Shown here: piece by piece, positions 39,465-53,270 of the stretch | Layout: each line of letters starts with the position of its first letter | Position numbering within the stretch: the stretch's first letter is position 1 | NCBI RefSeq assembly: GCF_006345805.1 | Contig: NC_042997.1 | Location: forward strand, 90,520,001 to 90,584,000 | Length of the DNA: 64,000 nt | From: Octopus sinensis | Lineage: Eukaryota | Direction of reading: 5' to 3' | Translations under genes and position numbers: made by a program | The notes under the pieces: generated by a model | Told to the model about the DNA's origin: nothing | Seen by the model: only the letters and a program-made list of their open reading frames with translations | The model's database searches: none

Positions 39465-39740
39465 AAGACGTATGAGCGTTCAGCTTTTGCTGAACGACCT
39501 GCACAAATGACTTGTTTACAGTGATCAAATGTTCGTGCCGCACATGAGCTTACTCTCTTCATCGAATCGATGTTGTCTGAACTGGTGCACAGTGTGCCAC
39601 GCGTCAGGTGTCGAAGTGATGGCAGAGCAACGTGAGATGCTGTGTTTTTGCTCAAGAACACAACGCACCGTCTGGCCTAGCAATTGAAATCGCCATCTAG
39701 CGATCGCGTGTACAACACCCTAACCACTAAACGTGAGCCC
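39465..39740 (-). mobile_element. Degenerate tRNA-derived SINE (related copy on + at ~42205-42400)
   Basis: Minus strand begins with an A-box-like ..TTTAGTGGTTAGGGTGTTG.., then GGTGCGTTGTGTTCTTGAGCAAAAACAC. Confidence 0.5.
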
Positions 39741-39776
39741 TCACATACATAATACATACATATGTGGGGTGTGTGT

Positions 39777-39836
<60 letters not shown>

Positions 39837-39886
39837 TATATTATACATATATACTATACACATAACACACACACACACACACACAC

Positions 39887-39924
<38 letters not shown>

Positions 39925-41280
39925 CAGTGACCCCAAAAAACGAGAAATTTTGAAAACCCGACGAAAATAGAAAAAAAACAAAACAAATGCAATAACAAAA
40001 AATGATAGATAACAAACAAATAAAACGGCAACTTTTGAAATACGTAGTGGCATCTATGTGGCACTGTACATTTTAGTTATCATGGGTTAGTGAAATGGTC
40101 AACGGCGTGCTTTCGCCATAAAAATGCTTTATAGAAACAACGATATTTTGGAGAGTGAACAGCGTGAGTTCCAACGTCATCTCAATTTAGGACGTCATGG
40201 TCAAGTTCCATCGAAACACGCGATAAAATGTGGATTAAAAAAATTTTGAAGAGACTGGACCGATTCTGAAAAATTAAAAACCCACAAGACGACCAAGTGT
40301 TCGTACTCTACAGAATATCATGGCTCTACAGATTTCCGTCTTACAGAGCCCTCGTTGTTCAGCTCGTAAGCATACAGCTGCAGTAAGGGTGTCCTGGGAG
40401 AGTATTTGCCGTATTCTCCATTTGGACTTAAAATTTCATCCGCACAAGCTGCAGATCATGCAAAAACTGAAGGAGAATGATCACCAATTGCAATTAGAAT
40501 TCTGTCAAAAAAAATTATGGAAAACATAAACGAAAGCAAAGAATTTCTGGACAAGCTGTGGATGTCACATGAGGCTCATTTTCATCTTACAGGTTATGTT
40601 AACAAACAGAACTGCCGCTACCGGGCAGACAGCAACGCTAAAGAACTTCATGAACCCTTTACACAGTAGCAAGGTGACGGTATGATGTGCAGTTTCGTCA
40701 CACGGGTTCGTCAGACCTTACTCTTTCGAAAATAAAGAGGCGGATCACAACGACTGTCATTTTGGATCGATATGTTGAGATGCTGAAATCTTTCGTTGCA
40801 CCTGCACTGAACAATTTTTTCGCAACTTCATGATGGTGCGACATCGCACACTACAAGGCAATTAATAGCAGCTGTGCAAGATTTGTTCAGTAACCGTGTC
40901 ATCTCAAGATTCGGTGACATTCACTGGCCTCCAGGATAACCGTTTGTGATGTTTTCTTGAGTGCTACCTGAAGAGTCGGGTCTACACGACTCGGCCAAGG
41001 ACACTGGATGAACTGAAACAAAGAATTCAAGACGAAATTCGTGGTATGCCAACTGAGATGTTGCACCAAGCAATGGAGAACCTCAACAACAGATTGACAG
41101 AATGCATATGTAGAGGAGGAGGTAATTACAGGACGTAATTTTCAGACATTAATACTCTGGATTACTGATTATTAAAAGGCAAGTTGTTTACTTTCTGTCA
41201 ATAAAATATTTTTGTTGGACTTGAATTTGTTCCATTTTGTTGGGTTTTTCGAAAGTTCCCATTTTATGGGAGTCACTCTG
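39925..41280 (+). mobile_element. Mariner-like (IS630-Tc1-mariner, DDxD/maT-like) transposon with both TIRs; dead transposase
   Basis: TA|CAGTGACCCCAAAAAACGAGAAATTTTGAAAACCC versus right-end reverse complement TA|CAGAGTGACTCCCATAAAATGGGAACTTTCGAAAAACCC. Motifs QRRAFAIK, HKLQIMQKLKENDH, MSHEAHFHLTGYVNKQNCR, DGATSHTT, ISRFGDIHWPP; many frameshifts. Confidence 0.92.
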
Positions 41281-41350
41281 TATGTATGTATGTATGTATG
41301 TATGTATGTATGTATGTATGTATGTATGCATGCATGTATGTATGTATGTA

Positions 41351-41433
<83 letters not shown>

Positions 41434-41436
41434 TAT

Positions 41437-41504
<68 letters not shown>

Positions 41505-41929
41505 CTATATACGTGTGTGCGTGTGCGTGTATGTATGTATGTAAATATATATATATATATATTTACATTTTTCGTTATTTTCTAACTTTTTTTGCCATAT
41601 ACAGCTTACAAATTCTGTTTGTTTGTGGAGACTTTTTACTAGTAGAGGAAATACTGACCAATTTTGGCTGCTATTTCTAATATTTTCGGTATGTGGTTTT
41701 GAGCAACTTGTTGCATTTAACCCTTTATTATAATTATTATAACCCTTACCAAATATGGTCTTTTCCATACCGACAAATCTACTAGGTGAAATTGATTAAT
41801 TTTATTAAATTAATTATATTCCACCCTTTATTGAATATTATATACATATATAGAAAGATAGACCACTCAAACACACACACATACACACACACGCAGACAT
41901 ATATGTATACACACATAATATATGTATAA

Positions 41930-42075
41930 TCGAAGGGCTTCTTTCAGTTTCCGTTTACCAAAGCCACACACAAGGCTTTGATCGGCCCGAGGCTGCCCAA
42001 GGGCCATACATTGGGACTGAACCTGGAACTATGTGGTTAGGAAGCAAACTTCTTACCACGAAGTGACGCCTGTTC
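41930..42075 (-). mobile_element. SINE family B, head and core fragment
   Basis: GAAGGGCTTCTTTCAGTTTCCGTTTACCAAA..CACAAGGCTTTGATCGGCCCGAGG..GGGACTGAACCTGGAACTATGTGGTT matches 54830-54985. Confidence 0.75.
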
Positions 42076-42150
42076 ATGTACGTGCGCACGCTCACACATA
42101 TATCTTTTTTCTTTTTTTTTCTTGTTTCATATATGTGTGTGTGTGTGTGT

Positions 42151-42184
<34 letters not shown>

Positions 42185-42479
42185 CGTGTGTATGTGTGTG
42201 TATGAAGGCGCGTGGCTTGCTGGATGAGGTATTCGGTTTGATTTGAGTTCGATTCCTGACGGTGCATTGTGTCCATCAGAATTACAGTTTACTTCACGTT
42301 GCTTCAGTCCACTGAGTTGGCAAAAATAAGTTGTACCAGTAATTGAAAGGGCTGGCTCTCTCATATTTTGTTACACGCTGAATCTCCCTAAAAACCCATA
42401 GTTCCAACCAGGATGCGCCTAGTGGTCATTGTGCGGTAATTAACCTTCCTATTAACACAAATATATATGTGTATGTATA

Positions 42480-42526
<47 letters not shown>

Positions 42527-42589
42527 TCTCTTGCTTGTGTGGGAAGGTGTCAAAAGGAAGCTGTAAGAGATACAGGACTGTATAACACT

Positions 42590-42990
42590 CGAAACCAAGA
42601 TTTAGTTTGTTGCCAAATGTCCTGTGGTTTTTGACACAATTGTCAGCACGTCATCAGTTACTGTTTGTCACGTCCACCTGCCTGCTGCCAAAGGCATAAT
42701 CCATGATACTGTTTCATAATCTTGTAAATAGACATCGTATTGAGTACTCCCGGTCAGAACCAAGCTCAACCAAGAATTTGCGAAAGACAGGGTCGTCATT
42801 CGATACAGAATGTCATAGTGACTGTTTTGTAGGATGACAAAGGCGTCGTTTTCCTAGAGTTCTGGAACCCGGCTGCACTGTGAACAATAGGCGGTACATT
42901 GAGATATTAGAAAAGCTTCTACTTGCAGAACACATAATTGATGACAAACAGATTTTAACGTAGTAGTGAAGCAAAAGGGATGCATAATCA
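42590..42990 (+). mobile_element. Mariner transposase fragment
   Basis: NVIVTVL*DDKGVVFLEF / LEPGCTVNNRRYIEILEKL (42809-42918) resembles the mariner KVM.TVFWD..GV...FL..G.TIN..RY..L..L motif. Confidence 0.55.
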
Positions 42991-45186
42991 ATCGAAATTA
43001 CATCCTTAATGAGGAAGAAAGTCATTAGAGTTATTGACCAGCAGTTTTCGTAAGGGAAATCAAGGGAGAGTACTTAGAAATTTAAATTGATTAAAAATCA
43101 AATGAGAACATGTGCTAGTAAGTGAGTCTGATCTTTGGAATGTAGAGAGGTATTATTGGACCTCCTCAGTCAAAATATAGCTCGATGCATACCAGGCCGA
43201 GCAATGAATTCAAAAGATATAGTTTTTGTGTGAATATTATTCACCGATTAAGCAATTTCCAAGAGTTTTCTTTATGAGCTGACGTTGTATTATTTCTCAA
43301 CTCTACCACTTTTGTGCCTACTAATGTCTTGGTGTTAAACACGTCTGAAAGCAAGTATGGACGTTTAGGACTAACTTAGGAAAATGCTTTGGACAGGTTA
43401 AGTGTCAAGTCGTATCTAGTACTTTGATTGACACTTTGTTTATCGACCTTAGTGGGATGAAAAGCAATGATAACTTCAGCGGAATTCGAGCTCGGATCTT
43501 TAAGAACCAGAACAAATACCTGAAGACGTTTTGTTCGACGCTCTAACGATTTAGCCAATCCACCCCTAACTCTCAGACACCATTTTAATAATACAGTGAT
43601 AATGACATTATAACACCTCTGTATAGAAGAGATGTAATGCAAACACACCATTTTAGGTGGAAACTGGAGAAATAATTTAACCAAATCCCACTTTATTTAT
43701 CAGACATATAATACCTAGTGAAACTAATATCCATTTTCATTTTGTTATATTTTTCTAATTTATTCTTTGTTATATTTCTTTTAATAGGAATATTTTGAGG
43801 TCAGCTGAGGCTAAGAATATTACTTTCTTAATTGCCTACCGAATCTATTATTTCTGTCTCTGTATACAGCTAGGTTTTATGCCAATGTTTTATCTTTTAC
43901 ACTTTTGTCTGGGTTTTTTTTATCAATTGTATCTTCTAAATTATGCAGAAGGACCTATTATTATAAGATTTCTATAATATTATATTTGTTACGATGTTAG
44001 AGAGAATGAGAGTTACACTTTTAACCAAATCTAAGACATAAACTGAAGGAAATTAGATTGTTACGCCTTAAACAACTTTTAGTAAAGAATGAAATCAAAA
44101 ACATAAACGAACTCTTTGATGGAATGAAGAATTAAGGAGATATATCAATTTTTTTATATAAAAAATTTTCATAGAAAAATAACATGAATAAAACTAAGAA
44201 TGTCAGCAGATTCAGCTGATTATATTATAGATGTTATGTAATTCATTGCCTATACAAAAATATATGGCCCTAAATTACATATTTTATGAAAATTACTGAT
44301 AGACTTTTATGGAAAAATTAATAATTCATCACTCACCTGTATTAAACTCCCACTGCATGTATTTTAAAAACCATATCCATACACTGACAAACCCTAATAG
44401 AAATAATGAAACTTTGTTATCCTACTTCATATATATATATATATTATTTTTTAAAGTTTAAAGAATGGCATAGTCAATAAGGTTTTTTTTTATATTAATA
44501 GGTAGGAAAGATGAAAGGCAAAATTTACCTCGGCATGATTTGAACTCAGAACGTGGCTAATTACTGCGCTGATTTTGTCCAATCTTCTTCCGATACTCTG
44601 CCCCATTAGTATCAATAACACCAAGAATAACACTGGTAATAATCTTTTCTACTATAGGCACAAGGCCTGAAATTTGGGGGAAGGGGGCCCAGTGCATAAC
44701 TGGTACTTGTTTTATCCACCCCGAATGGATGAAGACAAAGTCGACATGGGCGGAATTTGAACTCAGAACATAAAGACGGACGAAACGCTGCTACGCGTGC
44801 TAACGATTCTGCCAGCTTAACACCGGTAATAATGCTACTGCTTATGATGTAGATTGTGATGATGAGGGTGATGAGTGCGAGAAGGAAGAGGGGAGTAGAA
44901 TGATGATGATGATGACGACGAGGAGGAGGAGGAGGAGGAGGAGGATGGTGATAATAGGGATGAGAAGAAGGATAATGATGTTGTTTCTACTGGTGGTGAT
45001 GATAGTGGTGGTGACGGAATTAGCAGAGGTGGCGGCAGCAATGATGATGATGATGATGAAGATGACGACAATGCTTATAAACGGAGGCGTAATTATACAC
45101 ATTTAGAAGTGAAAGCGGAAGCTGCTAGACGCTAACCAAAACACAACGAGTTAAGCTGATGCCCTGGGAAAAAAAAGGAATATATA

Positions 45187-45255
<69 letters not shown>

Positions 45256-46746
45256 CATACATACATACATACATACATACATACATACAAAGATATGTAA
45301 ATAAATATAGAAAAATCATGCGCCCATAGCTATTTTGCTGAGGCATAGAGCCAGCCAGCGTTCAGTTTAAAATATCATGAGAAACGGTAGCACGCCCGTC
45401 TACATAGAGATTCGATGACAAATTAGCTGGATTGAGGTAGCGTGAAAAGAAATTTAGAATAAATAAAAAAGATTGATTAGTAGAGGTGATAGAATAGAAG
45501 AGGAAATTTTGTTAAAATTCTAACACATACACACACAAACACATGTGTGTACGTGTTCATATATAATATGCAATATGTGTGCATGTGTGCATATATACAC
45601 ACATACACACACACACATATATACATACACGCACACATATGCCTAAACAAAGATGTAATTTAAATGATTATCAAATACATAATACGTTTATACCTTCATA
45701 CATACACATATTTATGCATGTGTACTTGTGTATGCAAACACACACAAACACACACACACGCACATACATATATATTTTTTTCATACTTGTATTTACGAGT
45801 GTATATATGTATATATGTATGTGTATGTACATATGTGTATATAAAGAGAGAGAATTTAAATGATTAAATAGATAATGTACACACATATATATACAAATAT
45901 GAAAATGAATATGAGGATTATGCGTGTATTTTTGTATATATTTATGTAGGCATCTATATATGAATACGCATACAAACACACACATACACATAAATTTCAG
46001 CTGACGCGTACGAAAATAGAACAGAAATGAAAAGTGATGAAAATTGAATAACTTATTTCAACAAAACGGTACTTATAAATGATAATAATATTGATAGCAA
46101 ACAAATAAACAAATAAATTTTAACAATTTTGATTTCTGTGACATTTGCCGCTTTTTAATTTAAGTCTAAATGGAATATAAATGATAATGAACTCAAAACC
46201 AAGAAAATAACATATACTGATGAGCAAAGGAAGGGGCGATAATTAGCATGAAGCTGCAGTTTACGTACGTGGCTTAGTGTGAGTGATTATACATTGCATT
46301 CTAAATTGTGCGTATGTGTGTATGCATATGCACGCAGGTGTGTATATATTTATAGGTATCTGTATATGTGTATATATATATGTATGTGTGTGTGCGTGTG
46401 TCTATGTTTATATATTTACTAATATGTGGGATGGATGTGTTTTATTAAAATAAAAACAAAAAATTATGAAACTGGTTATCATAAGTTTTAAAAAATTGAA
46501 ACATGAGAATTTGCTTTTAAAACCAGGTGCATTTTCAACCCCCACACCAATTCTCCTATATTCCTATGTGTCTGCGTAATATATATGTGTGCATACATAT
46601 GCACACGTATATGTTACGAGTGAGTAAACAAACTAAAGAATGGCACTCAACGTATTTATTGGGAGTTACATGTATGGAACATAACAGTTTGATTTAAACT
46701 TCTTGGTACTCAGATTACCAAGGAGTTTTAATCAAACTGTTTGGAT

Positions 46747-46792
<46 letters not shown>

Positions 46793-48028
46793 GATGTATA
46801 TATCATACACATAACACATGTATTATATATATGATATATGTGCTTATATATATATATATATATATGCACACCACCACACACACACCACCACACACATATA
46901 TATATATATATATATATGCACACATATGTGGATATATATAAGGTGCTAGTTGAAGACTAGAATCGATAGCATTGACTAAATTCCTCTCTTCAAAATTCCT
47001 GGCCTTGTGCCTTAATCACAATCTATTATTATCATTATTAATATCATGATAACCCATAGACCGTTTAGCTGGCAGAATCGTTAGCAAGCCGAACAAAATT
47101 CTTACTGGAATTTCGTCTGTCTTTACGTTCTGAGTTCAAATTCTGCTGAGGTCAACTTTGTTTTTCATCCTTGAGGGGTCGGTAAACTAACTACCAGTGA
47201 AACACTGGTGTCGGTGTAATCGACTAGTCCACACTCCCAAAATTTCAGGCCTTATGGTTTTAGTAGAAGGGATTATTATTATCATACCTCATAGGGCGGC
47301 GAGCTGGTATTTCGTCCGTTTTACGTTCTAAATTCGAATTCGACCGAGCTCAACTTTGCTTTTCATCCTTTGGGAAGCACTGGGACCGATGTAATTGATT
47401 CAGTCCTTTCCTCGAAGCAGCTGACATTGTGTCAAAATTTAAAAACCAATATTAAGACACTTTATTGTTTTAGGGTGCTATGGTATTAGAATTATGCTTG
47501 AATTTGCCCGTTTTGTTGCTCGGAAAACAAATACCAGTAATTAACTAGCTTATAATTGATTCGACAATACCGTGTCCCCCATGATGCTGAACGTACTCAG
47601 AATAATTTAATATTGTTCTCCTCATTGTTTGCATTCAGGTCACCCATTTTGCGCAGAACTCTGATCAACGTTATTCCATATATGACCAACACGTCTTTCT
47701 CATATTTTGTTCCCATGTGCAGGAACCACGTAGGATCAAAATATCGAAGTTGTTGTTGTTGTTAATCATATATATTATAATTATATATATATATAGTATA
47801 TATTATATATATATATATATATACATATTATATATATATTATATTATATAGAGAGAGAGGAGAGAGAGAGAGAGATGCATATATAGATATAGATATATAC
47901 AGATACAACATACATGCTTATATACATACATACATATATACACACACAGACGTCTATCTAAATATATAAGTGTGTGTGTATATATATACAGATATATATA
48001 TATGTATATATGTATATATGCATGTATG

Positions 48029-48060
<32 letters not shown>

Positions 48061-48306
48061 TGTGTGTGTGTATGTATATATGTATCTAAATATATATCTA
48101 TATGTGTGTGTGTATATATATATACATATATAAGTGAAGAAATTTAATTGAAAAAGTACAATCAATCTCTTTTAAATGAAATAAAACAAACATTTAATTG
48201 GAGGATTAATGAGATAATGAATCAAGCATCACTGCTTTACTTTAAAATGATAGACAAATATGTAGGCTTCAGTTATATTTATATTCATATAGATAGATAG
48301 ATAGAT

Positions 48307-48399
<93 letters not shown>

Positions 48400-48464
48400 T
48401 TGTAGCGTGTTCATATGTTCGGTTTCCTACTTTCCATTGTCTTGCAGATTTATTTAGTTTTTAG

Positions 48465-48506
48465 GAAAAATATAACAAAGGCTTCTTTCCAAACCTCAGC
48501 CACGAC
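48465..48506 (+). CDS. Unlinked candidate 42-nt exon (EKYNKGFFPNLSHD), phase 0 to 0
   Basis: Acceptor TTTAGTTTTTAG|G and donor GAC|GTAAGG in a unique island after (GATA)n; could be chance. Confidence 0.25.
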
Positions 48507-48748
48507 GTAAGGTGTTTAATTTGTCTAAGTGGAAGGAATGAAAGCAAAGGTGAGAAAGTAAAAAGAAGAAGAAAAAAAAAACAAGAAAGGAACAGACGCA
48601 AAACAACAAAGCCAAGCGAAAGTTGATCCATCTTAAAACATCTGTCTCTGTTGGTGTGTGTGATAACAAATTAGCAATATCTCAACAGCTTATCGTATAC
48701 GCTGATACACTACATGATATATGTATGCGTAATATATGTATGTATGTA

Positions 48749-48846
<98 letters not shown>

Positions 48847-50967
48847 TACATAACACATACACAAAACGCGATTTTTCCTTCAACTTCAGTTATAATTATT
48901 GTCGTTGAAATCATCATCATCATTATCACTATTATCATTGTTGTTGTTGTTGTCGTCGTTATTGTTGTTGTTGTTGTTGTTTGTTGTTGTTGTTGTTGTT
49001 GCTGCTGTTGTTGTTAACTTTTCTTGCAACAACATTCTATTAATTTTTTTATTGCCTCAAGGAAGTTGTATGGAGGACGTTAGGACAAATTCATATCAAT
49101 ACCAGTCGAGGTGGCGTTTTATTTATTTATTTTTTCGTCTTTGAGGGTCTGTAAATAGTTAATTGATGTGGAGATGTGTCGAGGTTCAAGTTTAACAAAA
49201 CGCTACTAACTAAATATAAGATTAATAAGTTTAACTTTATTTGCTCACGTTTGAAATACTGTTTATTGTTAACCAAGCACAAAGATAAGTTTGGAGGACT
49301 TTAACAGATTGAATTATTTACCTTTTACATTTATTGGTTTCAGTCACTAGACTGCGGCCATACTGGGGCACCATGTTGAAAAATTTTCAGTCAAACGAAG
49401 TGACCGCAGTACTTACTTTTATAAAAGCCTGGTACTTATCCTATCGGTCACTTTTACCGAACGCTAAGTTACAGGAACATAAACACATCAAGGAGTGGTG
49501 GGGACAAACACAGACGCAAAGACACACATATGTACGACAGGCTTCAAACAGTTTTTGTATTCCAAATCAATTCGTAAGGCGTTGGTCGCCTATTTCTGGA
49601 TATTACTGATTTATCTTTTATCAACCTTGCAAAGATAAAAATGCAAAGAATTTTAACCTGATGGGTTTTGAACTTACAATGAAGAGAACCAAAAGTAAAT
49701 ACTCTAAGACATTTCATCAGAATTTGGTGGGGGATCTACGTTTTCTGTCAACAAAACGGCTCAGTTATTTGGGTTTGTGAATTAAATTGACTTCAACCGT
49801 AAATCGAAACGACATTCTGATTTATGGTTCATCTACGAACTTTCATTTAAATAGCAATGGATGCATCAAACTGCTTTGAGGTATTTGTTCTGATTCATTA
49901 AGTTCAGTGCTTAAATCCGACCAAGTTTTCACTCTCATTCTTCCAAGGTCGATAAAATAATCGCTCCTCCAAAGTAGTTGATTGATAGAATTATTAGAGC
50001 GTCAAACAAAATACCTTGCGATGTTTGTTACCGCTCCTTTCGTTCAGAGTTTAAACCCCGCAAAAGACAACATTACTGTTATCTTTCGAGATCGATAAAA
50101 TGAAGTACCGTTCAAGACTGGTTGATTGGTGGTATTGTTAAAATGCTAGGCAAAGTGCATCGTGATATATGTTCCGTTTCTTAACGTTATGTGTTCAAAT
50201 CTAGCCAATAGTAACATTGCCGTCATCTTAAAGTGCCAGTGAAGTGTGGTGGATTGACGTAATTATTAGAGGATTGAGTGAAAGGACTTTCGATATTTCT
50301 ACCAGCTCTTTACATTCTGAGGTCGTCAACGACGACATAGATAGCTAGTATTCCTTGTCCTTCTTTTGAACAACATCAGTAGCAGAGAGAAGAGGACTTG
50401 TCTTATGTCATGCTGCTGGACTACCATAAAAAATAACTTTTCCCAGGCCTGGATCGGGCATCTTTGACCGATAGTGAGTGTAGTGGCGACTATTAATCTC
50501 TGATTAAATAGACTGACAAACTATTTTAGTTTATGTGTAGAGCTGTTTAACATTAACTTTAGCATTAAGTTTAATGCCTCTTTTGGATAAAACTTGTGAC
50601 ATGTTGAAGAAGGACAGAATAAGTTTCAGCGGACTGCGGCAACCATGTATAGCAGGACATTTCTAAAAGAAATATAATATGAATGTTATATTAGATTCGT
50701 CATCATTGTTTGGAGCGTTTGCACGCGCCTTGACTAGTCTTGAGGAAAAAGAAACGCATTGCAGTGTAAACATACATTTTAAAGATTTTTGGAACAATAT
50801 ATAATGTTTTTAATATAGTAAGCATTTTGGAAGAAGGAATAAGAGTTTAACTTGGCGCGTAGTAAGTGATATAGACTTATTGAATCGACAGTTGGGAGGA
50901 TGAGAAGCAATCTCGAAAGGTTTATATGAAGTTCCAGAAGAATGAATAAGCAGCAATAATGGAAGGA

Positions 50968-51150
50968 ATATTATCTTGGAAGGAGGAAATATAATCTTGG
51001 AAAAAAGAATCTAATCTTGAAAGAATGAAATATAATTCCGGAAGGAGTAAATAATATCCCGAAAGTAAGAAATTTAATCCCAGAAGGTAAAATATAATTC
51101 CAGAAGATTTAAATGTAATTCTGAATGATTTCATATTATCCCGGAAGATT
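50968..51150. repeat. Degenerate ~21-bp minisatellite (~9 copies, AAATATAATCYYGGAAGGAGK-like)
   Basis: Recurring AAT(A/C)TAAT(C/T)(C/T)..GAA(G/A) units read directly. Confidence 0.65.
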
Positions 51151-51782
51151 TGATTGCATTTGTGAAAGGAAGCTATGGCTATCCAATACAGAAAAAAGGC
51201 AATTCTGTTAAAAAAATCGCGATTGGTTAACTTTGAATGAACATAAAGCGTATCTTAGGGCAAAGAATTTTCCCTTTTTAGGAGAAATTCATTGCGGTAC
51301 GGACAGTGTAACAGGATTTGAATACATCCTTTTTTTCTTTTCCTTTGTTTTTTTTTTACTGCCAGTTGACTCTGATCGAACAAGCCTATTATCAAAGGCT
51401 TTCAGCAACGCTCAGCTTTAATTTTTATGCATCTAGGACTAACTGATCCAAATTGTCCTCTCTTTTTTTAAGACGTTGTGTTTTGAGGAAAATCTGGCTG
51501 CTATTCCTATCAGGTTAAACGTCTGTACAGAGGCGTGGGGGACGACAACGACGAATTCGATGACGAAGATGGTGATGATGACGACGACGACGACGAGGAT
51601 GGCGATAGCAGCGGCTGCGCAATTACGACGACCATGACGAGGATTATGACTGATCACGATGATACGATGACAATGATGGTGATTATGACATTGGTAATGA
51701 TGACGGCGACGGCAAAGATATTCTTGTTGGTAATGATGTTGACGTTGATGACAGCAACAATGATTATATATTTCTTTATTGC

Positions 51783-52001
51783 CCACAAGGGGCTAAACAC
51801 AGAAGGGACAAACAAGGACAGACAAACGGATTAAGACGATTATATCGACCTCAGTGCGTAACTGGTACTTATTTAATCGACCCCGAAAGGATGAAAGGCA
51901 AAGTCGACCTCGGCGGAATTTGAACTCAGAACGTAGCGACAGACGAAATACTGCTGAGCATTTCGCCCGGCGTGCTAATGTTTCTGCCAACTCGCCGCCT
52001 T
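51783..52001 (-). mobile_element. SINE family A, near full length
   Basis: Reverse complement closely matches 62411-62643. Confidence 0.9.
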
Positions 52002-52773
52002 ACAGCAACAATGATTATAAAGATGTTCTTGATAACGACGAGAACGGCGGCAGCGGTGGCGGTGGCGGTAGCGACGACGGCGGCGATAGCAGTGAGGACG
52101 GCCGTGGCGAAGGCGGCGGCAACAGCAGCGGTGCAGATAACGTGTCCGTGTTGATAAATCAAGTTTAGTCCATGCAATTCATTGCGTCAAGAAGTACGGC
52201 GTTTCATATGAATTATCAGCGAAAGAATATGACACAAGGTGCAATATATCGTGGAGGACATCTACCGTGGTTGCAAGGGTCTGTATGTGTGTGTGTATGT
52301 GCATGTGTGTGTGTTTAAGTGTGTGTGTTTAAGTGTGTGTGTGTGTATGTGTGTGTGCGTGTGTGTGTATGTGTGTGTGCGTGTGTGTGTGTGTGTGTGT
52401 GTGAGTGTGTGTGTGTGCGTGAGTGTGTATGTGTGTGTGTGAGTGTGTGTTTGTGTTTGTGTGTGTGTGTGTGTGTGTGTAAGGTGAGTGAAATGTAAAA
52501 TGGCGACCTTTGATAGGTTTATCACATCGAAAAGAAGGTTTGAGGAGGCAATGAGTGAAAGACATACAGAAAACTTTGAGCAGTGCGATAGGAAGACAAA
52601 GGGAGAAGGGGGAGTATGTGTTAAATATTATATCTAAGTTGAAAAGATTGGAACCGGTACTAAAATGTTCTTCATGATAAATTTTTTTAAGCATTTTCTA
52701 CCTTGTCTTATTTTCCTTATATATATCATCTCGCGTGTTACTTTTCAACATTCTACACATATATATGTATGTA

Positions 52774-53157
52774 CTAGCAGTATCGCCCGGCGTTGCTCAG
52801 GTTTGTAAGGGAAATAACTATAAAGCATTTTTAGAGAGTTATAGCCAAAAAATAGCAAAAAAATAGAAAAAAATGATGGTAAATTTTTTTTTGAGAGTAA
52901 AAAAAGGTTGAGTTGCGTCCCCCAGACAGTCTGTGGTTTATTTTTTTTGATTCTCGACCCCATGTCGAATTTATCGATTTTTTTCAGAACTGGGGGAACT
53001 TTTCAAAATTTTCGCTGCGTTAGTTTTGAATTATGACATTGGCTATGTGTGTGTCAAGTTTCATCAGAATCGGTTGAAAGCCGTGGTCAGGGTGAGGGTA
53101 CGAGAAAACAGACACACAGAAACACGCACAGACAACTGCCGTTTATATAGAGAGAGA
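52774..53157 (-). mobile_element. Non-autonomous Helitron, copy 2
   Basis: Shares A|CTAGCAGTATCGCCCGGCGTTG..GGTTTGTAAGGGAAATAACTAT..AAGCATTTTTAGAGAGTTA with 12946 onward; other end ..ACAACTGCCGTTTATATAGAGAGAGA|T. Interior differs from copy 1. Confidence 0.85.
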
Positions 53158-53178
53158 TATATAGAGAGACAGACAGAC

Positions 53179-53243
<65 letters not shown>

Positions 53244-53270
53244 TATAGATAGATAGATAGATAGATAGAT

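Noticed and set aside
41605-41688. Phase-0 exon candidate LTNSVCLWRLFTSRGNTDQFWLLFLIFS
   Set aside because: Contains TTGGCTGCTATTTCTA, which recurs in repeat context (~51505), and abuts a TTAACCCTTT repeat start; probably repeat-derived.
50922-51134. Minus-strand 70-aa hydrophobic ORF as a membrane protein
   Set aside because: It is the antisense reading of the 21-bp minisatellite.
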